Assembly (NCBI GenBank): GCA_017452165.1
Contig: JAFTMY010000037.1
Location: 1-49,254 of the forward strand
DNA length: 49,254 nt
Source: Clostridia bacterium
GTDB taxonomy: Bacteria > Bacillota > Clostridia > Christensenellales > UBA1242
Direction: 5' to 3'
Position numbers and translations under genes: made by a program
Notes under the pieces: generated by a model
What the model was told of the DNA's origin: nothing
What the model saw: the letters and a program-made list of their open reading frames with translations, nothing else
The model's database searches: none
Shown: piece after piece, positions 1-11,253 of the stretch
Layout: each line of letters begins with the position of its first letter
Position numbering within the stretch: the stretch's first letter is position 1

Positions 1-665
1 ACGGCGTCTTTATATCTTCCATATGTTTTAAGGTTTGCTTTAAGGGCTTCGTCAGCAGATGTGCCGTTTGAAATTGCTTCCATCATTTTGCCCATATTAA
101 CAAATTCATAACCAATGATTTCATTGTTTTTATCAAGAGCGAGTTTTGTGATATATCCTTCAGCCATTTGAAGGTATCTTGAACCTCTAAGATTTGTTGA
201 ATAGCTTGTTCCAACTTGTGAGCAAAGGCCTTTTCCAAGATCGTCTAAGCCAGCGCCAATTTCAAGACCGTCATCAGAGAATGCTGATTGTGTTCTTCCA
301 TAAACGATTTGAAGGAAGAGTTCTCTCATTGCAACATTGATAGCATCACAAACAAGGTCTGTGTTTAATGATTCAAGAATGGTTTTTCCTGTTAAAATTT
401 CAGATGCCATTGCAGCAGAGTGGGTCATACCACTGCAACCAATTGTTTCAACAAGTGCTTCTTCAATAACGCCATTTTTAACGTTTAATGTAAGTTTGCA
501 AGCACCTTGTTGTGGTGCACATCTTCCAACACCATGTGTTAAACCAGAAATATCTTTGATATCTTTGGCAGAAATCCATTGTCCCTCTTCTGGAATTGGG
601 GCAGATTTGTGATTTGCACCCTTAGCTACTGGGCACATATTTTCTACATGTTTTGAAATATTCAT
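1..665 (-). CDS. NifU/IscU-like Fe-S cluster scaffold protein (type usually paired with GGGtGRT protein); 3' end outside window
   Basis: Absent from the ORF track because it runs off the edge. Manual translation from ATG at 665 (SD GAGGTG): MNISKHVENMCPVAKGANHKSAPIPEEGQW...HGVGRCAPQQGACKLTLNVKNGVIEEALVETIGCSGMTHSAAMASEILTGKTILESLNTDLVCDAIN; open to position 1. Confidence 0.85.
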   Translation of the reverse strand, partial: MNISKHVENMCPVAKGANHKSAPIPEEGQWISAKDIKDISGLTHGVGRCAPQQGACKLTLNVKNGVIEEALVETIGCSGMTHSAAMASEILTGKTILESLNTDLVCDAINVAMRELFLQIVYGRTQSAFSDDGLEIGAGLDDLGKGLCSQVGTSYSTNLRGSRYLQMAEGYITKLALDKNNEIIGYEFVNMGKMMEAISNGTSADEALKANLKTYGRYKDA

Positions 666-826
666 AATTCACCTCGTAAAATTTGCTATAATTAGCCAAG
701 TCAAGTATAACATACAGTTTTATATAAATGCAAGAATTTAATTTATGCAAATTAAACATTTATGTTTTGAAATTATGATTATTTGTGGTATATTTATTAT
801 GTAATCTTATTAAATTGGAGAATCTT

Positions 827-1543
827 ATGGGATATGTAAGTGTTGATACCATTTATGAAGAAGAAGGACAAGTTCAACAAGAAGTTAAAAATGACTATAT
901 TTCAATTGAACAAATGGTTCCTGTTGAAATGATTATGAAAAAGTCAAGATTTATTGGTATGGCTTTCAATGTAAAAAATGAAGATGAAGCACACACTATT
1001 GTTGCTAATATTAGAAAGAGCAATAAAAATGCTAAGCATGTTGCTTATGCTTTTGCTTTGGGTGAAGTTATCAATGTTGCTAAAAATAACGATGATGGTG
1101 AACCTGCTGGTTCTGCTGGTGCTCCTATTTTTGAAGCAATTAGACAAATGCATGTAACATTTACTTTGGTAGTTGTTGTTAGATACTTTGGTGGTGTTGA
1201 ACTTGGAAAAGGTAAACTTACTCGTGTATATAATGAAGTTGCTGTTGGTGCTATAAAAGAAGCCAAAAAGTTTAAAATGGTCTTTTGTAATGAAATTGAA
1301 ATCAAAGTTCCTTATGCAAACTATGGTAGTATTAGTAAATTATTCTCTGATTCAAGTGTCCATGTTATTGAGCAAAAAAATGATGAAAATATGCCACTTA
1401 TAAAACTCGCTGTTCCTGCAAACTCATCTGATAGATTACTTGAAAATATCCGTTCTAAAACTCGTGGTGCTAGTATTATTAATAAATATGGAACAGGTTT
1501 TTATAAATTTGAATATAAAGCGACATCTTCTACGGAGAAATAA
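827..1543 (+). CDS. yigZ: YigZ/IMPACT family protein
   Basis: KKSRFIG, AKHVAYAF, DDGEPAGSAG, VVVRYFGGVELGKGKL motifs; ATG 827 follows SD GGAG (track start is 785). Confidence 0.9.
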   Translation: MGYVSVDTIYEEEGQVQQEVKNDYISIEQMVPVEMIMKKSRFIGMAFNVKNEDEAHTIVANIRKSNKNAKHVAYAFALGEVINVAKNNDDGEPAGSAGAPIFEAIRQMHVTFTLVVVVRYFGGVELGKGKLTRVYNEVAVGAIKEAKKFKMVFCNEIEIKVPYANYGSISKLFSDSSVHVIEQKNDENMPLIKLAVPANSSDRLLENIRSKTRGASIINKYGTGFYKFEYKATSSTEK

Positions 1544-1544
1544 T

Positions 1545-2168
1545 TTGGGTATAATTACTAAAATTGAAGAACAAAAAAATAAGAATCGTGTCAACATTTT
1601 TGTTGATGATTCTTTTTTTTGTGGTCTTGAAAGAGAAACGGCTGTTATTTTTGGATTAAAAACAGGTAAAGAAGTTGATGAAAGTTATTTAAAAGATGCA
1701 ATAAGTAAAAGTGAAGAAAAACGAGCATTTGATAAGTCTATTAATTATATATCTATTAGAAATCACTCAAAGAAAGAACTTTATGATAAACTTTTAAAAA
1801 AAGATTATAACAGGGAAACAATTGAAAATGTTTTAGAAAAACTTGAAGAATATCATTATATTGATGATGAAAAATTTGCTAAGGCGTTTATTGAGCAAAA
1901 TAAAAAGTATTCAAAAATGGTTCTTTCTAATAAATTATATCAAAAGGGAATTGACAAAGAAATAATTGATAGATGTTTAGAGGTTGTTGAAGAAGATGAT
2001 GAGTTTAATAACTGTTTATTGGTTACTGAAAAATTATTAAAATCTACTAAAATAGAATCATTTAATGATAAACAAAAACTTTTTGCTAAACTTGTAAGAA
2101 GAGGATTTAAAGTTGATACAATTAATAATGTTTTTAGTGAACTAGAAATAAGTGTGGGTTTGGATTAA
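1545..2168 (+). CDS. recX: Regulatory protein RecX
   Basis: ITKIEEQKNKNRVNIFVDD N-terminus, RNHSKKELYDKL, YIDDEKFA, LVRRGF; TTG 1545 after GGAG, directly after the yigZ stop. Confidence 0.9.
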   Translation: MGIITKIEEQKNKNRVNIFVDDSFFCGLERETAVIFGLKTGKEVDESYLKDAISKSEEKRAFDKSINYISIRNHSKKELYDKLLKKDYNRETIENVLEKLEEYHYIDDEKFAKAFIEQNKKYSKMVLSNKLYQKGIDKEIIDRCLEVVEEDDEFNNCLLVTEKLLKSTKIESFNDKQKLFAKLVRRGFKVDTINNVFSELEISVGLD

Positions 2169-2247
2169 ATGTATTTTTTTAGGCATTGATAACTGCTTTA
2201 TTGCATTTTAAAATTCGTTATTAATTGAAATTAATAAATATTGGGTA

Positions 2248-2276
2248 TTGACAAGTAAGGTAAGTTATGTTAAAAT
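2248..2276 (+). promoter_or_regulatory. SigA promoter, extended -10
   Basis: TTGACA-17 bp-TAAAAT with TGn. Confidence 0.7.
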
Positions 2277-2350
2277 ATGACTAATCTAAATGTTATGGAT
2301 TAAATTTTAAATTTATTTCCATTAAAAACTGAAATAGAGAGGAGTGTTTT

Positions 2351-4909
2351 ATGGCAAAAATTGATGTTGAAAGAGTTATTACTGAATACTATATGTTAAA
2401 AACTGTTTTAAAGAATAAATATGCTATGGATATTGTATCTGGCAAGGTTGAACCTGCTGGACCAACTGCTGCTGCCGACAAAAGAACTTTGCAAGCAATG
2501 CAAAGATATGTTAGAACTTTAGATGAAGTTGTAATTCCAGGTAATGGTTTATCTAAAGGTGAAAACTTAGATAAGTTCTTAACAAGAGTTACTAGAAACT
2601 TTAAAGAAAAAGAAGCAAGTAAGCCAGAAAGTAGAAGATTAGAGTATTCAGAAAATCCATTTGATGATAACTTTAAATATTATGTTTCTACACTTTTAAA
2701 TACTGAGAATGCTAAAAGTAGAATTGAAAAAGCAATTACAAGCCATAAGCCAACTCTTGATAGTGTAAACTCTTTAGCAATTAATCTCGGTGGTAAAAAA
2801 CAAAGTTCTTATGTTAGACTTTTAGCAGAAAGTACTGAACTTTTCTCAACAGTTTCTGGTCTTAGAGATGAAATTGAAAGACTTAATAGTTCAAGTAGAA
2901 CTGATAAATCTACAATTGATAATCTTAGAGCACAACTTGCAGAAAAGACTAAAGAAGCAGAAAATTATAGACAACTTTGTGAAAAGGCTATTGAAGAACT
3001 TGGTCAAAATTCAGGTTCAACAGTTCTCGTTGCAATGCTTAAAGAAACTAATAGCACTTTAGAAAATGTTATTAGACAAGAATCTAAGCAAACTCGTGAC
3101 CATATCACAAAAGAAACTGATAGAGTTTTAGATGTTATGCAAAGAAAAGATAGAATTAAAACACATATCCTTTCAAATGCAAAAACATACCCAAGATATA
3201 TTGCTGTTTATCAAGGTAGAGAACTTAATAATAAAGGTCTTAAGAATTTACATAATGAAATCCAATATGCTGCAACTCAATTAGAGTATTCTAAAGATGA
3301 CCCAGCAGTTAGTGCAATATTTAATGAACTTTCTGAGCAAAATTTAAAGAACTCTATGAATAATAGTAGGCCAAAAAATGAAGCAAAAGGTAAGAAGGTT
3401 GTTCCTATTGTTACTGGAATTTTACTTGCATCATTATTTGCTACAACTGCATATTTTGGTATTGCAAATCATCACTTACATAATGATTTACATGAAGCAA
3501 ATCAAAAAATTAACGAAAATCAAAATAATAACGATAATACTAATGCTTCAGATTTCCAAAAAGAATATGAAGAATATGTTGCTAGAGAAAATGCACAATA
3601 TGATGATTATTCTCAAAAACTTCAAATTGCTCTTAATGATGGAACATTTGTAGTTATTGACCAAACTGGTGCTGTAACTGCAGGTGATGCAAGTGTTAAT
3701 GGTAATAACCTTGATACACTTAATGCTCTTAGAGATAAATATGCCGCTGATGACCGTGCAGATATGGGTTGGAATTCTACTACACTTATGGACGCTGATA
3801 CTCAAAGTGCAATCAATGCTGAAAAAGCAGAATATTTCCAAACTCACTACGAAGATATGGTTAATCAAGTTGCTCAACTTCAAGCAGAAATTGCTGATTT
3901 AAATTCTCAACTTGATTATGCTCATGACCTTATTTCTGCTGGTTCGCAAGAAAATGGTGTTTTACTTGCTAGAGTTCAAAAACTTGAAGCGCAAGTTGCT
4001 GATCTTCAAGCACAAATTGACAATCTTCAATCAATTATTGATGCTGGTAATGGTGGAAACAGTGGTCTTCAAGAACAAATTAATGAACTTCAAGAAGCGT
4101 TAAATCAAGCAAATGCAAAAATTGCAGAACTTGAACAAGAAAATCAAGAATTAACTGAAGAAAATCAAGAACTTAAAGAAGAGGTGGCTGAACTTCAATC
4201 TCAAGTTTCTTCATTAGAGGGAACAGTTGGTGATTTAAATTCAAAAATTGCTTCACTTGAAAATCAAAATTCAGTTCTTTCTACTGATAAGGCTGCTCTT
4301 CAAATTGAAGTTGCTGACCTTCAAGCAGAAGTTGCCGACCTTCAAGCACAACTTGAATCATTAATTGGAACAGATGCCTCTCAACAAATTCAAGCACTTG
4401 AAGAAAAGATTGATTACCTTGAAGGTGTAATTGAAGAAGCAAATGCAAGAATTGACTCATTACAATCAACAAATGAAGCGTTAACACAACAAATTGTTGA
4501 TTTAGAAAATAATATTAATAATCTTGAATCAGATATGGATGCTCTTGAAGATGCTATTGATTCACTTGAAAATGAAAATGCTTCACTTAAAACTGAAGTT
4601 TCAAATCTTCAAAAGAGTTTAGGGGATTCTATGAACTCATATAATGAACTTCTTGCTAAATATAATGCTTTAGCAAATTCAAATGTATCTCCTGAAGAAT
4701 TGGCTGCACTTCAAACAGAACTTTCTAATGCTTATAACTTAATTACATCTTATGAAGAACAAATTGTTGAACTTTATAATGGTATTACAAAGGAAAATAC
4801 AACAACTTCACAAGCACAACAAGATTTAGAACAATTATTTAAGTTATTTGGTATTGACTATAATGAAAAGGATAGTCCATCAAACGATAATAGCGAATAT
4901 CAACGCTAA
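2351..4909 (+). CDS. Hypothetical single-pass membrane protein with very long C-terminal coiled coil
   Basis: 852 aa, SD GAGGAG; one hydrophobic segment VVPIVTGILLASLFATTAYFGIA after KGKK; heptads such as VADLQAEVADLQAQL over about aa 500-830. Confidence 0.85.
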   Translation: MAKIDVERVITEYYMLKTVLKNKYAMDIVSGKVEPAGPTAAADKRTLQAMQRYVRTLDEVVIPGNGLSKGENLDKFLTRVTRNFKEKEASKPESRRLEYSENPFDDNFKYYVSTLLNTENAKSRIEKAITSHKPTLDSVNSLAINLGGKKQSSYVRLLAESTELFSTVSGLRDEIERLNSSSRTDKSTIDNLRAQLAEKTKEAENYRQLCEKAIEELGQNSGSTVLVAMLKETNSTLENVIRQESKQTRDHITKETDRVLDVMQRKDRIKTHILSNAKTYPRYIAVYQGRELNNKGLKNLHNEIQYAATQLEYSKDDPAVSAIFNELSEQNLKNSMNNSRPKNEAKGKKVVPIVTGILLASLFATTAYFGIANHHLHNDLHEANQKINENQNNNDNTNASDFQKEYEEYVARENAQYDDYSQKLQIALNDGTFVVIDQTGAVTAGDASVNGNNLDTLNALRDKYAADDRADMGWNSTTLMDADTQSAINAEKAEYFQTHYEDMVNQVAQLQAEIADLNSQLDYAHDLISAGSQENGVLLARVQKLEAQVADLQAQIDNLQSIIDAGNGGNSGLQEQINELQEALNQANAKIAELEQENQELTEENQELKEEVAELQSQVSSLEGTVGDLNSKIASLENQNSVLSTDKAALQIEVADLQAEVADLQAQLESLIGTDASQQIQALEEKIDYLEGVIEEANARIDSLQSTNEALTQQIVDLENNINNLESDMDALEDAIDSLENENASLKTEVSNLQKSLGDSMNSYNELLAKYNALANSNVSPEELAALQTELSNAYNLITSYEEQIVELYNGITKENTTTSQAQQDLEQLFKLFGIDYNEKDSPSNDNSEYQR

Positions 4910-4947
4910 TATTTTAATTCAATATTCCGAAATAACTCTCTATATAT

Positions 4948-4981
4948 AAAAAACCTCTATGTTACCCCGTAGAGGTTTTTT
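4948..4981 (+). terminator. Intrinsic terminator
   Basis: AAAAAACCTCTA...TAGAGGTTTTTT hairpin. Confidence 0.8.
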
Positions 4982-5049
4982 AATTGTAAAATTATATAAA
5001 TTAACTTAATATTTAATAAAAACTATCAAAAATTCAATTTAATATATTC

Positions 5050-5078
5050 TTGACAATAAATAAAAAGTAAAATATAAT
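5050..5078 (+). promoter_or_regulatory. Perfect SigA promoter of lgt
   Basis: TTGACA-17 bp-TATAAT. Confidence 0.8.
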
Positions 5079-5086
5079 ATTTTTAT

Positions 5087-5875
5087 ATGGAAAATAATTT
5101 TTTATTAGATAGAGTTGCTTTTACTATCTTTGGCTTTGAAATTTACTGGTATGGAGTATTTATGTGTCTTGCAATTGTTGCGGCTATTGTTGTTGCAATG
5201 TTTTTTTGCAAGAAAAGAGAAATTTCAGTTGATGAACCTATAAATGTCGCACTTGTTTCTGTTCCATCAGGAATTTTATGTGGCAGGCTTTTTGCTGTTC
5301 TTTTTGATGAAGACCTTTCAATTAAACAATATTTTAATTTTAGAACAGGTGGAATGAGTATAATTGGTTGTATTATTGGTGGTGGAATTGCACTTGCAAT
5401 ATACTCATTTATTAAAAAAGATAAAGATATTTTTAAATATACCGATATTCTTTGTTCTGTTTTACTTTTGGCTCAGGCAATAGGCAGATGGGGTAACTTT
5501 TTTAATGGTGAAATTTTTGGTCAGGTTATAACTGATAATAATTCAATTTTTTCAAGATTTCCATTTGCCGTTGAAATAAATGGTATACGTTATCAAGCAC
5601 TATTTTTTTATGAATCATTAATAAATGTCGTTGGATTCTTCTTTACGGCTGAAATGTTTTTATTTGTTAAAAAAGATGGTTATACAACAGGTTTCTATTT
5701 AATTTACTATGGTGTAGTTAGAACAATTCTTGAGAAATTTAGACAAGACCAATTTATTTTAAAAATTGGTAGTGCTCCAATTTCTTTAATTTGTAGTATT
5801 TTAATGATTGTGGCAGGTGTTGCAATCTTTGCATTTTCTATTTATAGAAATAAAAAGAAAAAGGAAAGTAAATAA
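5087..5875 (+). CDS. lgt: Prolipoprotein diacylglyceryl transferase
   Basis: IYWYG, GRL, GGMSIIG, AQAIGRWGNFFNGE, FFYES, EKFR motifs. Confidence 0.95.
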   Translation: MENNFLLDRVAFTIFGFEIYWYGVFMCLAIVAAIVVAMFFCKKREISVDEPINVALVSVPSGILCGRLFAVLFDEDLSIKQYFNFRTGGMSIIGCIIGGGIALAIYSFIKKDKDIFKYTDILCSVLLLAQAIGRWGNFFNGEIFGQVITDNNSIFSRFPFAVEINGIRYQALFFYESLINVVGFFFTAEMFLFVKKDGYTTGFYLIYYGVVRTILEKFRQDQFILKIGSAPISLICSILMIVAGVAIFAFSIYRNKKKKESK

Positions 5876-5877
5876 AA

Positions 5878-6993
5878 ATGAAAAAAAAGAGTAAGGTTAC
5901 TATTGAAGAACTTACAAAAAATGAAATTCAACGACTTGAAACTGAAAATAAGTTTTCAAATTATGAAAAAGAAATTGCTAAGTATAAAAAAACTATCGCA
6001 ACTTTAAAAGAAAAGGATAAGTTATATACAAAGGCTTTTGCTCTTTGTGAAAATAAAATCAATCTTATAAAGGAAACATCACTTGATAGTTTACTTTTAC
6101 TATGTGAAAATTTAAAAGAAATTAAAAATACATATTTAAATGAGTGTGAAGGCATTGAAAATGATGAAATAAAAACAAAGTTTTTAGCATTTGACTCAGA
6201 ATTTCAATTTATTTTAGATTCTATTTACGATGTTTGTGATAAGATTGAAGATGAAGCACATTTCAATAAAGTTGATAAAAAGGTTATTCCTAATAAATTT
6301 GAGTTAAAAGAAATCGGAGATTTTGATGATTTTGACCAATTTGATGAAATGAAAAAGGCTGTAAGAGAAAATATTGCTAAGAAAAATGCTAAGGATAATG
6401 CTAAGAAAGATAAATCTTCTAAAAATAATGACGAAATAGATTTTGATGAGTTAAATAATAGTTTTTATGGTGAATCTAACGATAATATCGATAAAAACTT
6501 TAATGATGGACTTGTTTCTGAAAAATTTAATAAGATGTTTTATGAAACACCTTCTGCATCAAGAGTTTCATCAAATATTACGCCAAGTGAGGATAGTGAA
6601 TTTGACTTTAATGAAGCATTAAATCCAACACTTTCTCTTAGTGATATTATGAATGATTTAATGGCATTAGACGAGATGGAAGAAGATGATGACCTTGATT
6701 TTGAAATTGATTCTGTAAAAAAAAACGATAAATTAGAAAACTCACTAGAAAATAAAAAAAATGATGAAGTTTTAAATGAAACGGAAGAGGATAAGATAAA
6801 AAATATTGCTGAAAAAATGAGAGAGGAAAGAGAGCAAAAGGTAGAAAATGCAATAGCAAATCATAATGAAAAGATAACTAGAAGAGATAATTCAGATAAT
6901 GATTTTGAGTATTATAAGGAAGAACCTAAAACAAGAGAAGAATATGAAAAGAAATTTACTTATCTTCAAAGTATTTTTAAAAATTTAAAATAA
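5878..6993 (+). CDS. Hypothetical protein: N-terminal coiled coil plus acidic low-complexity region
   Basis: 371-aa ORF starting 2 bp after the lgt stop; D/E/N/K-rich. Confidence 0.75.
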   Translation: MKKKSKVTIEELTKNEIQRLETENKFSNYEKEIAKYKKTIATLKEKDKLYTKAFALCENKINLIKETSLDSLLLLCENLKEIKNTYLNECEGIENDEIKTKFLAFDSEFQFILDSIYDVCDKIEDEAHFNKVDKKVIPNKFELKEIGDFDDFDQFDEMKKAVRENIAKKNAKDNAKKDKSSKNNDEIDFDELNNSFYGESNDNIDKNFNDGLVSEKFNKMFYETPSASRVSSNITPSEDSEFDFNEALNPTLSLSDIMNDLMALDEMEEDDDLDFEIDSVKKNDKLENSLENKKNDEVLNETEEDKIKNIAEKMREEREQKVENAIANHNEKITRRDNSDNDFEYYKEEPKTREEYEKKFTYLQSIFKNLK

Positions 6994-7033
6994 AAATAGG
7001 TTGCAACTAAATAAAGTTGCAACCTGTTTTTTT
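6992..7033. terminator. Bidirectional intrinsic terminator
   Basis: AGGTTGCAACT-loop-AGTTGCAACCT flanked by A and T tracts, between convergent genes. Confidence 0.8.
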
Positions 7034-7085
7034 ATGAAGATAATTATAAAAATATAATTTTAATATTTTACTAAATCCTTATAAA

Positions 7086-8971
<1,886 letters not shown>

Positions 8972-9111
8972 TTTATCTCTCCTTATGATTTAATTATATG
9001 TAATTACTTTTAGTTTATAACTTACGATTTTTATGTTTTTTGTCAAAATTTTGTTAGATTAGTCATAAAGTTAAAGTATACAACCTTATGATAAAATGGA
9101 GGAAATATAAA

Positions 9112-9849
9112 TTGCAAGATTTACTGACACACAAAAATCATAAAAAAAGAGTAATAATTATTATAAGTATCGCAAGTTCTTTTATATTTTTATTTTCTAT
9201 GATAATGGTTTCATTTTTTGCTTATTCTAAAAATAAAAGAAAGTATTTTGAAGAAAAAAAATTATATTTAGTCTATGCTTGTAAGAGTTTAAAGAAAAGT
9301 GAAGTGAGTGTTAATCAAAAAAAAATTAAGGATTTAGGTGGTGCAGGAAATATTTATAAAAATAAGGATTTTTATTATTTGATTGTGTCAGTTTATACAA
9401 ATAAAAAAGATGCTGAAGAAATAAAAAATAATGTAAAAAATAATTTTAAAGAGGCAGATGTTTTAACTTTGAATATAAAGAAATATTCAAGAAAAGATAT
9501 TGATTTATTAAAGACTAATAGTAATTGTATTAATTTTATTAAAATAGTAGACGCTTTTAATGAAGAATTTATAGAAAAACAATTATTGTTTTTGTCAGGA
9601 TTAATTACTGTAAGAGATATTTCAACTTTTTTGATTGAGAAAAGAATAAAAGTTGAAACATTTATAAATAATTTTAATTCAAAAGATGAACCGTTGTTTG
9701 AAAAAGTTTTTATTTATGAAAATATGGCACTTATGTATTTGACAAACTTTTTGGATAAATTTTTTGAATCAACAAAAAAAGATTCTTTAATTTGTGACAT
9801 TGCTGTAAATATGGCAATTTTACAGTTTGAAATGAGCAATAATTTGTAG
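9112..9849 (+). CDS. Membrane-anchored SPOR-like domain protein
   Basis: N-terminal TM; LGGAGNIY...YYLIVSVYTNKKDAEEIK resembles a SPOR repeat; TTG 9112 after GGAGG (track start is 9088). Confidence 0.6.
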   Translation: MQDLLTHKNHKKRVIIIISIASSFIFLFSMIMVSFFAYSKNKRKYFEEKKLYLVYACKSLKKSEVSVNQKKIKDLGGAGNIYKNKDFYYLIVSVYTNKKDAEEIKNNVKNNFKEADVLTLNIKKYSRKDIDLLKTNSNCINFIKIVDAFNEEFIEKQLLFLSGLITVRDISTFLIEKRIKVETFINNFNSKDEPLFEKVFIYENMALMYLTNFLDKFFESTKKDSLICDIAVNMAILQFEMSNNL

Positions 9850-9925
9850 ATAATAATTTTTTTTTGTAAAAATTATTTGATTTTTGTATAAAATATGTTA
9901 AGATAAGATTTGAAAGAGGTGTATT

Positions 9926-10480
9926 ATGGGATTAATTAATTGGATTATTAATGGTGCCGGTTTTGAATCAGATGAAACATATACAAGTCCTGAAGAGAAG
10001 CAAAAATATTATGAAGAAAAAATGAGGCAAAAAGAAGAAAAAAGAAATAAAAAACTTGAAAAGAAAACTAAGAAAACTAAAAAAGAACAAACAGTTGTGC
10101 CTCAAAAACAAGCAGAACCTGTAAAGAAAAATAATGCTGATTCTTATTTTGAAAATCCTGATCAATATAATACAGTTAAATATGATAAACCTGTCAATGA
10201 TTATGGTTTAAATTCATCAAATGTTGGTGGTTATGGAACTCAAAATGTAGAAATTGTAAATCCAACAAGATATGAAGATGCAAAAATTGTAATTAATTTT
10301 TTAAGACAAGGCGAATCAATTATGCTTAATTTAAATAAAATGGAAGAAGATGCACAAAGACTTCTTGATTGCATAGGTGGTGCTGTTTTAGCATTAAATG
10401 CTAACTTAAGAAGAGTTGATTCTAATATATTTTTAATAACTCCAAAGGGCTTTAATATTAGAGTTAGTGAAGAAAAATAG
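9926..10480 (+). CDS. sepF: Cell division protein SepF
   Basis: C-terminal PTRYEDAKIVINFLRQGESIMLNL...AQRLLDCIGGAVLAL...IFLITP; amphipathic N-terminus. Confidence 0.9.
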   Translation: MGLINWIINGAGFESDETYTSPEEKQKYYEEKMRQKEEKRNKKLEKKTKKTKKEQTVVPQKQAEPVKKNNADSYFENPDQYNTVKYDKPVNDYGLNSSNVGGYGTQNVEIVNPTRYEDAKIVINFLRQGESIMLNLNKMEEDAQRLLDCIGGAVLALNANLRRVDSNIFLITPKGFNIRVSEEK

Positions 10481-10494
10481 TGAATTTAAAGTTT

Positions 10495-10540
10495 AAGGCA
10501 TAAAGATTGATATAATCAAAATTTATGTCTTTTATTTTTT
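10495..10540 (+). terminator. Probable intrinsic terminator
   Basis: AAGGCATAAA...TTTATGTCTT followed by T tract. Confidence 0.55.
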
Positions 10541-10617
10541 AGAAATAACATTAAATTATAAAAGTTTTAATTGACAAAATAATAAATTATATTAAACTAA
10601 AAACAAGGAGAAAAATT

Positions 10618-11088
10618 ATGTTTAAAAAATTTGTAATTGCTTATGACCATAGAGTTGATTTAAAGTATATTGAAAAGATTAAAGAAGTTTTAACCAACAA
10701 ACAAATAGAAGTTTTGGTTTTTGAAGATGATGGTGAAACTAATGATTATCCAATTCTTGCTGAAAATGCTCATAAAATGTATTTAGAAAATGGTGCAGAT
10801 GGTATGATTTTATTATGTGGAACAGGAATTGGTATGAATATTGTTGCAAATAAATTTAATGGTATTCGCTCGGTTCTTGCTACAAGCGAAGCAGAAGCAC
10901 ACTTTGCTCGTCGCCATGAAGATGCTAACTGCTTAGTTTTTGGTGCAGGTTATGCTGATGATAAGTATGAAGTAAAACTTTGTAAGAGAAAAATGGGCAG
11001 AATGATAGAGGCTTTTGTTGATGGTGAGTTTGAAGGTGATAGACACATTAGAAGACTTAATCAAATTAAAGATATTGAAAATAAATAA
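10618..11088 (+). CDS. rpiB: RpiB/LacA/LacB sugar-phosphate isomerase
   Basis: YDH, DYP, LCGTGIGM..ANKFNGIR, FEGDRH.RR. Confidence 0.9.
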   Translation: MFKKFVIAYDHRVDLKYIEKIKEVLTNKQIEVLVFEDDGETNDYPILAENAHKMYLENGADGMILLCGTGIGMNIVANKFNGIRSVLATSEAEAHFARRHEDANCLVFGAGYADDKYEVKLCKRKMGRMIEAFVDGEFEGDRHIRRLNQIKDIENK

Positions 11089-11106
11089 ATTTTAATAAAA
11101 AATATG

Positions 11107-11133
11107 AAACTATACAAAAAATGTATAGTTTTT
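11107..11133 (+). terminator. Intrinsic terminator
   Basis: AAACTATACA-AAAAA-TGTATAGTTTTT. Confidence 0.7.
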
Positions 11134-11188
11134 ATTTTTATAAAATAAAAGAATTTTGATAAAAATGAAAATATCTTTACATTTGGTA

Positions 11189-11217
11189 TTGAAAAAATTT
11201 TTATCATTTGATATAAT
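11189..11217 (+). promoter_or_regulatory. SigA promoter, extended -10
   Basis: TTGAAA-17 bp-TATAAT with TGn. Confidence 0.65.
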
Positions 11218-11253
11218 AATGCTGTATAATTATAACTAGGGGAAGATGATTTT

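Noticed and set aside
2248-2275. dif-like 28-mer TTGACAAGTAA-GGTAAG-TTATGTTAAAA (good XerD arm, TAA-N6-TTA core)
   Set aside because: XerC arm matches poorly and the same bases are fully explained as a TTGACA-17-TGnTAAAAT promoter; genome-wide GC skew would be needed to revive it.
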